Shown here in pieces: positions 11,601 through 23,236 of a stretch of DNA of 64,000 bases. How positions within the stretch are numbered: position 1 is the first letter of the stretch; each line of letters begins with the position of its first letter. Both the position numbers and the translations under genes were made by a program. Where the stretch lies: the NCBI RefSeq assembly GCF_964355755.1, contig NC_092672.1, positions 930,001 through 994,000 of the forward strand. The letters are read 5' to 3'. The DNA comes from Antedon mediterranea. Taxonomy: Eukaryota > Animalia > Echinodermata. The notes beneath the pieces were generated by a model. That model was not told where the DNA came from and did not search any database. It saw only the letters and a program-made list of their open reading frames with translations.

Positions 11601-13543
11601 TAACAAACAAAGCAAATACCTGTACTATAATTAGCAAAATTATATGTTGACACGTAAAAATATGGTAAAAATTGTAGATAAACTAATATACCTGAAAAGG
11701 ATTTACATAAGGCATGAGGTAAAGTACAATTTAAAAAAACAAACAAAAGAACAGTAAAACAAACCGACTTATAATAATCTAAAAATATGTCAAACTTGTA
11801 GAACAGACACTCATATGGAATTTAAAATGGACCTGAAATGGATTTTCGATTTTTTTCATTTTAGAATGATGTTTTGGGGGCTATTAGGTGTTGCTAGAAT
11901 GTATATTGTTACAAAATATAAATTGGCCCTTTTGGGGAAAGCCCCATTTGAAAATCAAAAAAATTCGCGGGTGACGTCACTTTGCGAATATATTCCTATC
12001 CCTCCAATGGAAAATTTGCAGTTTTTTGGCTATAACTCTTGAAATCTATGGAGTATTTTCTAAAAAATGCTTGTGCATTTGCAGAAACGTATTTAGAATT
12101 TTTTTAGATAAAATTATTACCGTATAAACGGTTATTCATCGAGTAAATGACGATTTAAAATCTTAAAATCAACGGTTTTTTTCTGGCAATACCGAAGTTG
12201 GCCTGGCAACGTTGTCCGGGATACAGCTCCGTGCGCAATGATGCGTATCCATATTTTCCGTTCGTGTATTTTGTATATCGTTCGTAATTTATACTGCTAA
12301 AATTTGTTAGTTTCTTTAGTTTTTAGTTTAGCAGAATTAAATTAGTAATATGAGATGATAATTTATTTGTCACGAATCAGGCAGTTCGAAAACGAATTTT
12401 ATTCATATTTTACTTTGGCTTGACAATGAGCGCAGCAAGTTGTTGATATCGCTTTGGTCCTTGGATACACATGAAACGGAGCCTCGCCGCATGATGTGGG
12501 TGGTGGATCGACTCCGCGCTCTGGATTGGGGGCATAGAGGCCTAGTAAAGGTTTGGGAGGTAGGCCTTCTAAATTCGGGTTTTAGAACAAACGAAGTACA
12601 TTTTAGGGACCTATATTTCAACAACATTAGATATTGAATAAATTAGTATTAGTGTCAACGCTTCGCGTATCTTTCCAGGCCGTCGATCATTCACACTGAC
12701 TATCGGGCGGCATACACGCTCTCGATATCATCGTATGTATATGTGACGTCGTGAATATAGAGGCTTCCGACGGCCGTTGAAATAGAATATTGCAATGGCG
12801 TGAGTAATTTTCGCTAATTTACCATGGTATCTTAAAATTTCGTTTTTACTCAAAATACTATACATTTTGTTTTTATTTGTGTGGGTTTGTGTTAATTTGA
12901 TACATTTAAATAACATGTGTGAATTTCTTGAAAATCGAAATTCCATTTCAGGTCCATTTTAAGCGGATTAACAGATGTTAGAACAATGAAAAAGTCGAGG
13001 GAAAAATAAAATAGTTATTACTTACTGACCAATGTGCCGGTAATACGAATCAATGAATTCAATGGCTTCTAGACTCACATCAGCGAATGATAATTGCTTC
13101 GTGACATTGCCTGACTGTCTCACCAGTGCCCCTATACAATGCTGCTTAGTAGACACAAATAACACACAAAACAGTGTTTTAGTTTAATTTAGCAACGAAA
13201 TCTGCTGAATATTCAAATACACAGGAAATAGAAACCACGATAAAAAAAATATATTTCCAGTGCTGTATATGCACATACTATCTATTTGCAAAGTATCGAA
13301 GGAATATTTGGTAATACAGCATCTCATTTATATCACATGTGGTGCCTGTATCATGTAAGGTTAGGTTACTACTAGAAACACATGTGATGTTGTATTTCTA
13401 TGATACAGTAACGAGAATGGAAAACAACTTACCTTATTGCTTTCTGTGTGCAAAGTATCCCGGCTTCTTGTGTTCGAAATGTAGTCTTGCAGAGATATGT
13501 GTTCCTTTTTCTGCATTCTACAGCCTCTGGACCTATCCTCCAT
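2636..13543 (-). CDS. NOS: Nitric oxide synthase, divergent paralog 'NOS-B' (~1076 aa, 21 coding exons)
   Basis: Exons 13433-13543, 13026-13144, 11018-11272, 10722-10863, 10257-10396, 9993-10167, 9417-9518, 8916-9110, 8684-8772, 7939-8083, 7664-7768, 7204-7304, 6949-7123, 6600-6817, 5989-6158, 5454-5623, 4999-5212, 4537-4639, 4073-4337, 3238-3429, 2636-2680 join into one frame. Motifs: [10 protein letters not shown] (heme Cys), [57 protein letters not shown], Gx[13 protein letters not shown]. The start codon and a few alternative donors (4987, 5962) are uncertain. Confidence 0.93.
2843..2955. mobile_element. PIF/Harbinger (Tourist-like) MITE family A, copy in NOS-B intron
   Basis: TIR AGCTCTGTCTACACTATCAAACT with a degenerate right copy; TAA/TTA flanks. 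Confidence 0.75.
3065..3200. mobile_element. PIF/Harbinger MITE family A
   Basis: Same TIRs, TAA target-site duplication. Confidence 0.8.
4740..4875. mobile_element. PIF/Harbinger MITE family A
   Basis: Same TIRs, TTA TSD. Confidence 0.8.
7441..7592. mobile_element. MITE family B (TIR AGCTTGGTTCCCACTAG, GCAAC-rich), degenerate copy
   Basis: Similar to copies at 20997, 26467, 31915, 31964 and 60710. Confidence 0.6.
8500..8580 (-). mobile_element. tRNA-derived SINE head (Pol III A and B boxes) in a NOS-B intron
   Basis: Minus strand reads GGAGCTGTAGCTTGGTGG (A box) ... GGGTTCAATCC (B box); no intact acceptor or anticodon stem. Confidence 0.6.
9687..9735. repeat. 10-bp tandem repeat (TCAAAGTGGG/AAGTGGGGTC) x4
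   Basis: Direct tandem periodicity. Confidence 0.85.
11826..12958. mobile_element. Non-autonomous TIR DNA transposon with TTAA TSD (Kolobok-like), ~1.1 kb, in NOS-B intron 2
   Basis: TTAA|AATGGACCTGAAATGGATTTTCGATTTT ... AAAATCGAAATTCCATTTCAGGTCCATT|TTAA; no transposase ORF. Confidence 0.78.
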
Positions 13544-14788
13544 TTACTTCTCTTTGTTAGAATATTAAGCAAGCACAGACTTCGACTCAAAGACTAAAGA
13601 TCCTGATGAGGTGTTATTTACATACAGTTTATGGAATTTTGTTATACAAACCTTTTATGAGTGTTCCTACCCAAAGTTCATACATTGTGGTAAGGTTTTA
13701 TCTTGTTAAATTATATGTATAAAGAAAACGAATTACTACACTGTAAATAGTTTAAATATCGCGATCAAATATTTAATTTAATTATTGTTCATGGTCGTAA
13801 AGTCTTGTTATAAAGTAGTTTTTCCGTGACACCATTCCAAAACAATAGATATAAATCCACAATATCAATACAATCAAGCCAAATTACTGTTTTATTATTT
13901 TCTTCTCAAATTTTTTATCTCTTTTATACACAATCCGATATTATTATTTAATTCTTTAACTTGTGAACATGCCGTAGTCTCCATCATAATAATAATATAA
14001 TTTTTAATATCAATATATTTTAAAAATAAACGAACAAGCTAGAAACATAGGGAAACTATACCCAGCAATAAAATCTGGAGATATAAAAACGTTTTTGATT
14101 CAACATTGCGTTACTCCTTGCCTTGCCTTAAAATAGTAACATTTCTTCTTCGTCAAAAAAAAAAAAAATAAATAACACACACCGAGACTGTTAATGTAGC
14201 TTTTTATATCATCTGTTTTAAAACATTTCAACACTGATTTTGTAAAAAAGAAATTTAAAATAGTAGAAAGATCAATATTAGGAATTAGATGACACAATAT
14301 CATTTCACGATTCCAGGCAGCATTCGGTACTACTGTCGTGTATTAGGAGAAGGTAAGAAGGCTCCATCCCAAGAAAGAGGGCTATGAAGTACATGAAGTT
14401 TGTAATACCTTAGTACCTTGATCTTTACGTACTCCTTGACAAGTTTGAACACTTTCAACAGGTTACAGTCTGACCAAAATCATGTCCAATCTTAACAAAT
14501 TAATGTATGGTTTCAGAAATAGTCCTCAAATAAGCCCTAAACCTCTTCCATAACATGTTTACGTTAAAAAGAGTGATTCTATACATATAGTTGTGGAGTC
14601 AACAGAAATAAAATTTAACAAATATTTGATACAACTATCCGCTTTTGTAAAGAATCACAGATAACAATGTTGTTGAAGAGGATGATAATAAAATGTAGTA
14701 CCTGATACACCACCATGCCATGGTTGATTGTTATGGACTTTGCCACAGCTTAACCAAACACACTGGAATAGGTTAAGTCTTCCTTGTA

Positions 14789-14949
14789 CAGTTGAACCTC
14801 CCGTAAGCGGCCACCCTCGGAACCGGGAAATATGGCCACTTACGGGACCAAATGCACTAATTAGATAAACAGAACAAACGGGCTTTTGAAAGTCTCCGTT
14901 AAGGGGGGTGGCCGCTTACAGGAGGTGACCGCTCACGAAGGTTTAACTG
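14789..14949. mobile_element. Tc1/mariner-pogo-type MITE
   Basis: TA|CAGTTGAACCT ... AGGTTTAACTG|TA, with internal repeated AAGCGGCCAC motifs in inverted orientation. Confidence 0.72.
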
Positions 14950-15229
14950 TATTCTCTTTTTGACAATCCAGGGAATAGGAGGTTAAATATGGTTTTTGAG
15001 GATGCAGCCTACGCGCAACGTAACTAATTTAACCAATCACAGTTCGTCACTCGGTAATTCATTTCTATGATAAAATAACTTGAATGTGTATAGGCTACGT
15101 GTGTACGTTGAGTTATAGGGTAGGGAACCAAGCTAAACGGAGAAAATATATAATATATACTTTTGACATAATACTTTTTAAACGTTTACGATATTCACAA
15201 AGTAAACGTCATAGGATTTATGGCAAATG

Positions 15230-15640
15230 TAAAAAAAATTACCACATCTTTTTAAAATAATTTTTAGTTTACTGTGCCATTTTTAATCATAACCCCAGAA
15301 CAAGAACTGAATTGAAAAAATCCTTCACGAGATTGACTTGCAGTCAACAATTTATACACATATGGACCAAATTTTTTGCAATGGCGTTATTCAATTGAAT
15401 ATTTTTTAAATGAAAAATAAATGTATAAATAAACACGTTAAAAATCACCATTTATCGCTTTATGCTGATGAACTAACATTAAATGTATATAGGAAATGAC
15501 GCTTTTTTCTCACTTTTATTTTATTTATGTTATATTTTATGTAACAGTGTCCTGCGAAAACATAATTATATACTAAAATTCTAAAGTTATAAACGATGAC
15601 TAAATAAATGTGAATGAATGAATAATAATAAGTGAAAATA
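15230..15640 (+). mobile_element. LINE 3'-end remnant (CR1/L2-like)
   Basis: Shares CAGAAC..AACTGAATT..GACTTGCAGTCAACA..ATGGACCAAA and the GACTAAATAAATGTG tail with 41600-42030. Confidence 0.5.
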
Positions 15641-15865
15641 AAATACTCACTTTAAACTGGAAATCATACAAAATGAAAATGAAAAAATGTGTTTCAATCT
15701 CGTAGCTCTTGGATGTATGTCTATTAAGGTACCTTTTTATAATAGCTTATAATATATATCTACGCATTTCTCTAAAAATAAATACTCAAATAGCTAACAA
15801 CAACTTTAATTCTTAAAAAGTGGGTTGTCGTTTTTCTTTTGGTATGTCATTGTTGGTGAGACTTA

Positions 15866-16771
15866 CGCCCGTATTCTTAAACCGGACTTTAGTCGTAGTT
15901 CGAAGTTCGACTTGAAAAAGTCGTAGTTCGAGCTATTACTTCAAATTCGATTAAAAAACGAAGTAGTCGAAGTTTGCAGTTCGACTTAATGAAGTAGAGC
16001 TTTTAGTCGAGTTGCACACGTCTGGGTAACAAAGGCTATACATTGGCCAATGACAAGAGAGTATTTGAGGAGCAGACGACATTTTGCGCATTGATATCAC
16101 TTTCCATTTCTTACAACACTTTTTACGCATCAGGACTATGCATGAAAAATAATTTTAATCGTTAATTATTAGAACAATATCAGTATTAATTTAACAGTGA
16201 AGTATATTTGATTAACAAAAATAGAATCTTCAAAATATATTTAGGAACCATGGCGGTACGGTAACTTTTATATTTTCTAGGCCCCCAACAAAGTATGATC
16301 GCCACGAACCACGCACTTCATAGCGTGACAAGAAAGCGCTAGGCCCCCTAAACATTCCATCGCGTGGTGAATTGCCGCATCTCCCATTGTCGCTATGGCG
16401 TGACGTAGCTCAAGTCGGACTTGCGCGAAGAAAATAATGTAATTTGTATACAGTTGTAAATAAAGATGATTTTCATTATTATAACAATTAAGCTAATATA
16501 AATATAGATATTTCATTCTTCAATATCTGGCCAATATAACAACTCAATGACTGTTACGTTTTTTATAAACATCGTTTAAAAACCATTTAGTCGACCATTT
16601 AGCCTGCCCCCTCCAGGACTAAAAAAATCGATCAAAATCCGTCTCGATTTAGTCGAGGTTGGCCTGATTTAGTCGGTGATTTAGTTGAAGTTCGGTTTAT
16701 GAATTAAAATGACGTCATTTTTTTAGTTTTAGCTCGAACTACGACTAAAGTCCGGTTTAAGAATACGGGCG
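15866..16771. mobile_element. ~0.9-kb non-autonomous PIF/Harbinger-like element, copy 1
   Basis: Perfect TIR of ~38 bp CGCCCGTATTCTTAAACCGGACTTTAGTCGTAGTTCGA; TTA TSD. Confidence 0.88.
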
Positions 16772-16875
16772 TTAGCATTTTAATGCCCTATGCTCTAAAT
16801 GTCTGGTAATTCAAAAGGCCTTTATGTTATTCTCCACAAACAGTACTAACAAGTGTGGCGCTATACAAAGACTTA

Positions 16876-18184
16876 CGCCCGTATTCTTAAACCGGACTTT
16901 AGTCGTAGTTCGAAGTTCGACTTGAAAAAGTCGTAGTTCGAGCTATTACTTCAAATTCGATTAAAAAACGAAGTAGTCGAAGTTTGCAGTTCGACTTAAT
17001 GAAGTCGAGCTTTTAGTCGAGTTGCACACGTCTGGGTAACAAAGGCTAAACATTGGCCAATGACAAGAGAGTATTTAAAGCCGATTTTCCACTAGGCGAA
17101 TTTGTTCGCGCGAATCGAAAGCGTCATGCTCTGCGCATGCGTATTCGAGTTTCTGTCTGTCATACTCCCTTCTGCGACGAATTCTAGTTCCTTGAATTTT
17201 CGCTGTAGCGAAATTTACTAGTTCGAAGTGTTTCTACTTTTTGCGAAGCGAAATATTGCGCAACCAATCAGAGCTCAGGAAATGAGCTATGACGCTTTCA
17301 TGAGCAGTCATGCGAATCGAAATACTCAGCAACCACGCGAGGAACATGAACGTCGCAGCTATTCGCTCATGTAGTGGAAAGAGAGTAGGCGATTTTTGTC
17401 TCTTCGAAACGTTTGATTCGCGCGAACAAATTCGCCTAGTGGAAAATCGGCTTGAGGAGCAGACGAAATTTTGCGCATTGATATCACTTTCCATTTTCTT
17501 ACAAAACTTTTTACGCATCAGGACTATATATATACATGAAAAATAATTATAATCGTTAATTATTAGAACAAGATCAGTATTAATTTAACAGTGAAGTACT
17601 TTTGGTTAACAACAAACAAAATCTTCAAAATATATTTAGGAACCATGGCGGTACGGTAACTTTCATATTTTCTAGGCCTCCAACAAAGTATGATCGCGAC
17701 AAACCACGCACTTCCTAGCGTGACAAGAAAGCGCTAGGCCCCCTAAACATTCCATCGCGTGGTGAATTGCCGCATCTCCCATTGTCGCTATGGCGTGACG
17801 TAGTTCAAGTCGGACTTGCGTGAAGAAAATAATGTAATTTGTATACAGTTGTAAATAAAGATGATTTTCATTATTATAACTTATACCAATGTATATTTAA
17901 TTAAGCTAATATAAATATAGATATTTCATTCTTCAATATCTGGCCAATATAACAACTCAATGACTGTTACGTTTTTTATAAACATCGTTTAAAAACCATT
18001 TAGTCGACCATTTAGCCTGCCCCCTCCAGGACTAAAAAAATCGATCAAAATCCGTCTCGATTTAGTCGAGGTTGGCCTGATTTAGTCGGTGATTTAGTTG
18101 AAGTTCGGTTTATGAATTAAAATGACGTCATTTTTTTAGTTTTAGCTCGAACTACGACTAAAGTCCGGTTTAAGAATACGGGCG
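16876..18184. mobile_element. Same element, copy 2, carrying a nested insertion
   Basis: Same TIRs and TTA TSD; near-identical to copy 1 apart from the insert at 17079-17452 and small indels. Confidence 0.88.
17079..17452. mobile_element. 374-bp MITE nested in copy 2
   Basis: Perfect long TIR AGCCGATTTTCCACTAGGCGAATTTGTTCGCGCGAATC; absent from copy 1; imperfect 3-bp TSD TAA/TGA. Confidence 0.88.
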
Positions 18185-20996
18185 TTAGTGCACTACTTAA
18201 ACTAATATTAGGTTAGGCATACGTGATATCAACAACTTGCACTATTACTAAAGTTACCGCAACAAAAATTCTCAAAAGAACAAATTATGAATTGATAGGA
18301 TATGTTCAATTCAATATACTTTTTACAAAGAAATACTTAAGTTCGTTCATAATAATGGTGCCAGCAAAAATAACAAACATTCTGAAAGAAAATAATCCAA
18401 TAATTTCACCTAATTTTTTTTGCCATAAAAAGATCGCGTGATACATTTGTATTAACATTACTATATAGCCATAAATATCACATCATCCATGACGTTAAAT
18501 CACTTGTAAGATGCAAATCTATATTGATTTGATATTATGTGTATTTTATCGGTTCTATTATAATGTTCTATTATAGAATTAACATTTGATCTTTAACTGT
18601 TGTAATTGTTATACTTTCTGTACACTTAGTTTACACTTTTGTTTTATATTGAGTGTCTACACCGTATAAATAAATAATCAAAGTTAGTATCATGAATACG
18701 TCTTTACAAATGTCTTCGTGTAATCACTTTGAAGGGCGTTCTTACTTTAACTTTAACTTTATTATCGCAATTCATTATTTAGATAATATATATCATATAA
18801 AAAAATTACAAAACACAAAAATGCAATCAAAGGTTAACAAGGTGGAGGAAATATTTTACCAGTTCATGAAAAAACCATGTTTTTTAGTTTTACATAATTG
18901 GTAAACAACATTCATTCATTCTAAGATTGTAAGATTTAATGAACCAGTCGTTTCGGTAATACTTTTTAAGTCTAATTTCTTCTTCTAAATCTTTATTTTC
19001 TGGAAATATTGCTTGCGCCGGCACTACCAATATTATGTGGCCATATATGGAAATAATGATGTAATCATTACCATATTTGGGCATATGACTACCATATCAG
19101 TGGCATGGCAAGGAATAATTGGCCCACGCGCACCCAGATCTATTGAAATAAATAGAGTAACATCATTCACTTCATCTGTTTGATTTCTTAAATAAATTGT
19201 TGAAATTAATATTTACTTCATTTATGAACTTTGACCGGAAGCGTGTACTGTCCGTCCATCCTGCATTTTATGTGTGCCATAAAGTTGTAAACAAATATTC
19301 CGAAATCATTGTGAATTCGATTTGATAAAATCATTTCAAACCAGTATGTATTCTTACAGATTGTTGTTTTATAATAAGTAATTTTTAATCTTTTATCAGA
19401 CTAGTGTGTTGTTAACATGCTATTCTGTGTTGTGCAAAGTTTTCTGGGTAATTTTACAGTTTTATTTATATCTTTATATGATGATATGCCAGTTTTCCGA
19501 AGCAAATTTCTGTTAATTTCAGTTTCAATGGACAAAGATACTGACTATGACTTTATTGGTGAACCTAGAATTATTATTATATAGCATAAATAATAGGCCT
19601 ATCAATCGAATGGACCGAAAGTGACATCACCAGGCTAATCACGTGGTACTTCTTTATCTTGTATAACAATATCTTTCTGACCTTATGCACTTCTTGTTTT
19701 CCCAACAATCTTTCTTGTTAGTTGTCTGGAAATGATGGTGTTTTAAAAGAAAAGATATCAAGTCACTTATACGGTAATATTCTTACTTTATTTTTTCAGT
19801 TAATATTTCGTTAGTGGAAGTATTTATCACGGGTTTCGTCATTCTCTAAGTTAATTTATTTGCTTGGCAGTTACGTCTTTTTTTGGCTTTGTCCTCCTTG
19901 ACTACAACGAACAAAGAAATACGGCTATGTTGGTGGTAAAGTTTACTACAAAATGGAATTTTTATCAAATCGAATTTACGATGTATAACATGTCTTATCT
20001 ACCAACAAATAATTAACAACAAGGTAAATTTGAGCGTTGATACCACAATGACGTCATGATCACATAACACAATCCAATTCGGCTCGCCATTTGCTGCTGG
20101 CTTCAAAGAGAAAATAGATCATACGCGTATGGCGTTTGTACGCGCGTGCGTGCGTCAACAACTATGCATTTCGTGTTGAATTTGATATTAAAGTTTTATA
20201 CTTGGTAATAAAAAAGTTATGCACGAATTAACCGCAATACGGTGTGTAACTTAATAGTAAAACGAGGGATGGATTTACTTAAATTGTTTATCACCCTATC
20301 GGTCAGATGTCATTTCGAAACCCAGTCCATAACACCCACCGTTGCGCCACATTCGATGTGGAATCTAGCCACATAATACTGATGTATTGGAATAGTGTCT
20401 TGAGTAGCTGATTCTGTCACATTCGATGTGGAATAGCCACAAAGACTACTGATGTATTGGAATAGCGTATTGAGTAGCTGAGGAGGAAGATACTTTAAGA
20501 CTTTAAGAGGTAGGTCCGATATCCCGTCAAATTCATAGCAGCGTAAGTCACCTTTCCCCTAGTAAAATATTATCAGAAATGGTCACTGATTATTCTACGT
20601 ATATTCATTATTATTATTCAGGAATTGATTCACAATATACAGTTGTGATGTTAGTTGGAGCAATTGTTTGATCTAGACTCGATATTATGTTAAGAAGGTC
20701 TCTTCATCTTAATCAACATATACACACTAAATCTAGACTGTATTGAGTTCTTTATGTTGGCTTTGTAGCGGTTTCTGAATGTTCAAACACATATCTAATA
20801 AGTTTTGTTTTTTCCTATTGATTTTGAATGATCTTTTAACAAATCAGAACTTCTCAAACATTCGTAAAATATCTAGAGACAAACTTTTCCCTTTTTTTGC
20901 GAAAACCCACATAAAAATGTTATTTTTCCAACGTCGTATTGAATTGCACACATCACAACATGTAACGTAGGCGCGCGCAATGAATTGATACATAAA

Positions 20997-21190
20997 GCGT
21001 GGTTCCACTCTAGCGACGCAACGTAACGCAATCTACGCAACGTAAGAATATGCCTCCAATCATTGTGTTTTCCCCCACCTGTTGCGTCAAATCAAACCAG
21101 CGATGTTTGCAGCACTGTTGCTGCAAACATCGCAGCTTGTGATTACGCAATACGGCACTTTGCGTTACGTTGCGTTCAAGTGGAAACCAG
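20997..21190. mobile_element. MITE family B copy
   Basis: AGCGTGGTTCCACTCTAGCGACGCAACG ... GTGGAAACCAG; internally similar to 60710-60919 in reverse orientation. Confidence 0.7.
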
Positions 21191-21367
21191 TTATTTGAGG
21201 TTTTAACGGATTTCTGTTAAGTAATTCGCTTCATTGGACCCCATGATACGTGGGCGAGTTGATTTGACGTTTATTTCCAAAGGTAATAGAATTTAAACTA
21301 TGCTATATATTTCCATGGTTATATAGCAAATATCAAAAGCGAATGTTTGATAATAAAGATAATAAAT

Positions 21368-21697
21368 CATACTGTATAAGAAGGCTTGGTGACGTCACTA
21401 GTAAATCACTACCCGTGGCAGTGATCCACACACCATACTGTATAAGAAGGCTTGGTGACGTTAATAGTAAACCACTACCCGTGGCAGTGATCCACACACC
21501 ATAGTGTATAAGAAGGCGTGGTGACGTCACTAGTAAACCACTAGCCGTGGCAGTGATCCACACACCATAGTGTATAAGAAGGCTTGGTGACGTCACTAGT
21601 AAATCACTACCCGTGGCAGTGATCCACACACCATACTGTATAAGAAGGCTTGGTGACGTCACTAGTAAACCACTAGCCGTGGCAGTGATCCACACAC
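21368..21697. repeat. 66-bp tandem repeat, 5 copies, each with a CRE-like site
   Basis: TGACGTCA at 21390, 21522, 21588 and 21654; TGACGTTA at 21456; period 66 bp. Confidence 0.92.
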
Positions 21698-23159
21698 GTA
21701 CCATACAATGCCTGTATAAATACCATATGGGCGGCCATTAGGGCCAAAATCCTGGCATTCACTTCAGAAAATAAAATTACTATAACATGAACATTATTCT
21801 TCGTTATTGGCGTGACAATCCCTACTGCAGCTCAAATAATGGACGTAATAACTTTGTCCATGCTCAAACGAACCTAAGATAGGGTGCAGGTGAAAATAAC
21901 TGGGGCTGAACATTATTATGTAGTTACAATATTATGTCCAGAACTCTAAGGATCTGTCTACACTCTATCAAACTTTATGTGCCCATCCATGGACATACTG
22001 ATGTCCTATCACTACCATTTGGGCTCATCATTATTTACGATTTCTATATAAACAGTGTTTGTTTATACAACAGGTTAGAGTGTCCGGGCATTTCGTGGCC
22101 CTTTAAAATATCCGCATTGAGGTAGTTTACATAATACAATACTGTACATTGTTTCCGCTGTTAGTTGGAAATACGGTAATTTGCCTAAAGCGTGGTTACC
22201 AACTATTGAGACGCGGCGGACGGAAGGACGTGCGTAAGCTTAAAGGCGGCAACACAATCGACAGAAATCTACTGTATAGGGAAAATAACACCGCGTATGT
22301 TACATACTTGGAACATGGTGATGTAATGAGAATAAATGAAACCATTTTAATATAAAGTTTCGAACTCGGTTATTACCTGTCGTCAGCTGGTGCGGCCACA
22401 AATTACGTATGTCATGACTTTATATGTTTTAACTGTGTGTATTGTTTAACATAAAATTTATCAGCAACACGTTTAAGCCAATATTATTGAGACGGCGGGT
22501 CTCCGACGTCCCAATCTTTCTTTCCATAACTTTTCCAAACTTGGTTCAGTATCGTTTAGCGGTTAATACATACAAATATATTAGGTATTTATAACATGTT
22601 CTATAACCTCTTGGAAGATTTGCACGTGTAGCTCGTGACTAATTCATATGACTAAGTCATATGAGGATAAAGGTTTAATTTATGCGGTACCAGAATTTAT
22701 GAGAAAATAATGTTCCGGTGTTATTTTATGTATTTAATAGAACAGTGCAACTAATGTTATTTCTCAGTGAAAGGTGTCATAATAAAACGGATATGTGAAA
22801 AGTAGTAGTAAATCAATTATTATTTTCAACATTTACATGTAGTTGGTTCCAAAGTCAATGACACGCAGGGTGCGCGCGAATCGTGGCTTTACGCGCACGT
22901 ACACGATTCTGCTTACGGTGCAAATTTTGGTTAACATGGTATTTTATTACTAATACCAGACAGCAGAATCATTTTAAATATTAAATTAGGGAAACCAACG
23001 TTGAAATCAATATGTTTATGAATATTGGAATTTTATTATGGAATAAACTCTACAAATGTATACAAAAAATGTCTACTAGAAAATTATACAATATGAGAAC
23101 ATTAATTATAAATATTTAAACATTTCTAAGCCCTTCTTTTTTTTTATCCAGTTTGAATT

Positions 23160-23236
23160 TTTTGGTGTTGTGTTGTATTTTGGTGTTGTGTTGTATTTTG
23201 GTGTTGTGTTGTATTTTGGTGTTGTGTTGTATTTTG
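23160..23236. repeat. 18-bp tandem repeat (TTTTGGTGTTGTGTTGTA) x4
   Basis: Direct tandem periodicity. Confidence 0.85.

Noticed and set aside
2636-13543. NOS-B as a pseudogene
   Set aside because: All 21 exons join in frame with GT-AG sites and no internal stop, and catalytic residues are retained; only the exon-2 acceptor is unusual.
21333-21704. 123-aa hydrophobic repeat ORF; also a possible CRISPR-like array
   Set aside because: 66-bp tandem repeat without unique spacers, no cas genes, eukaryotic context.
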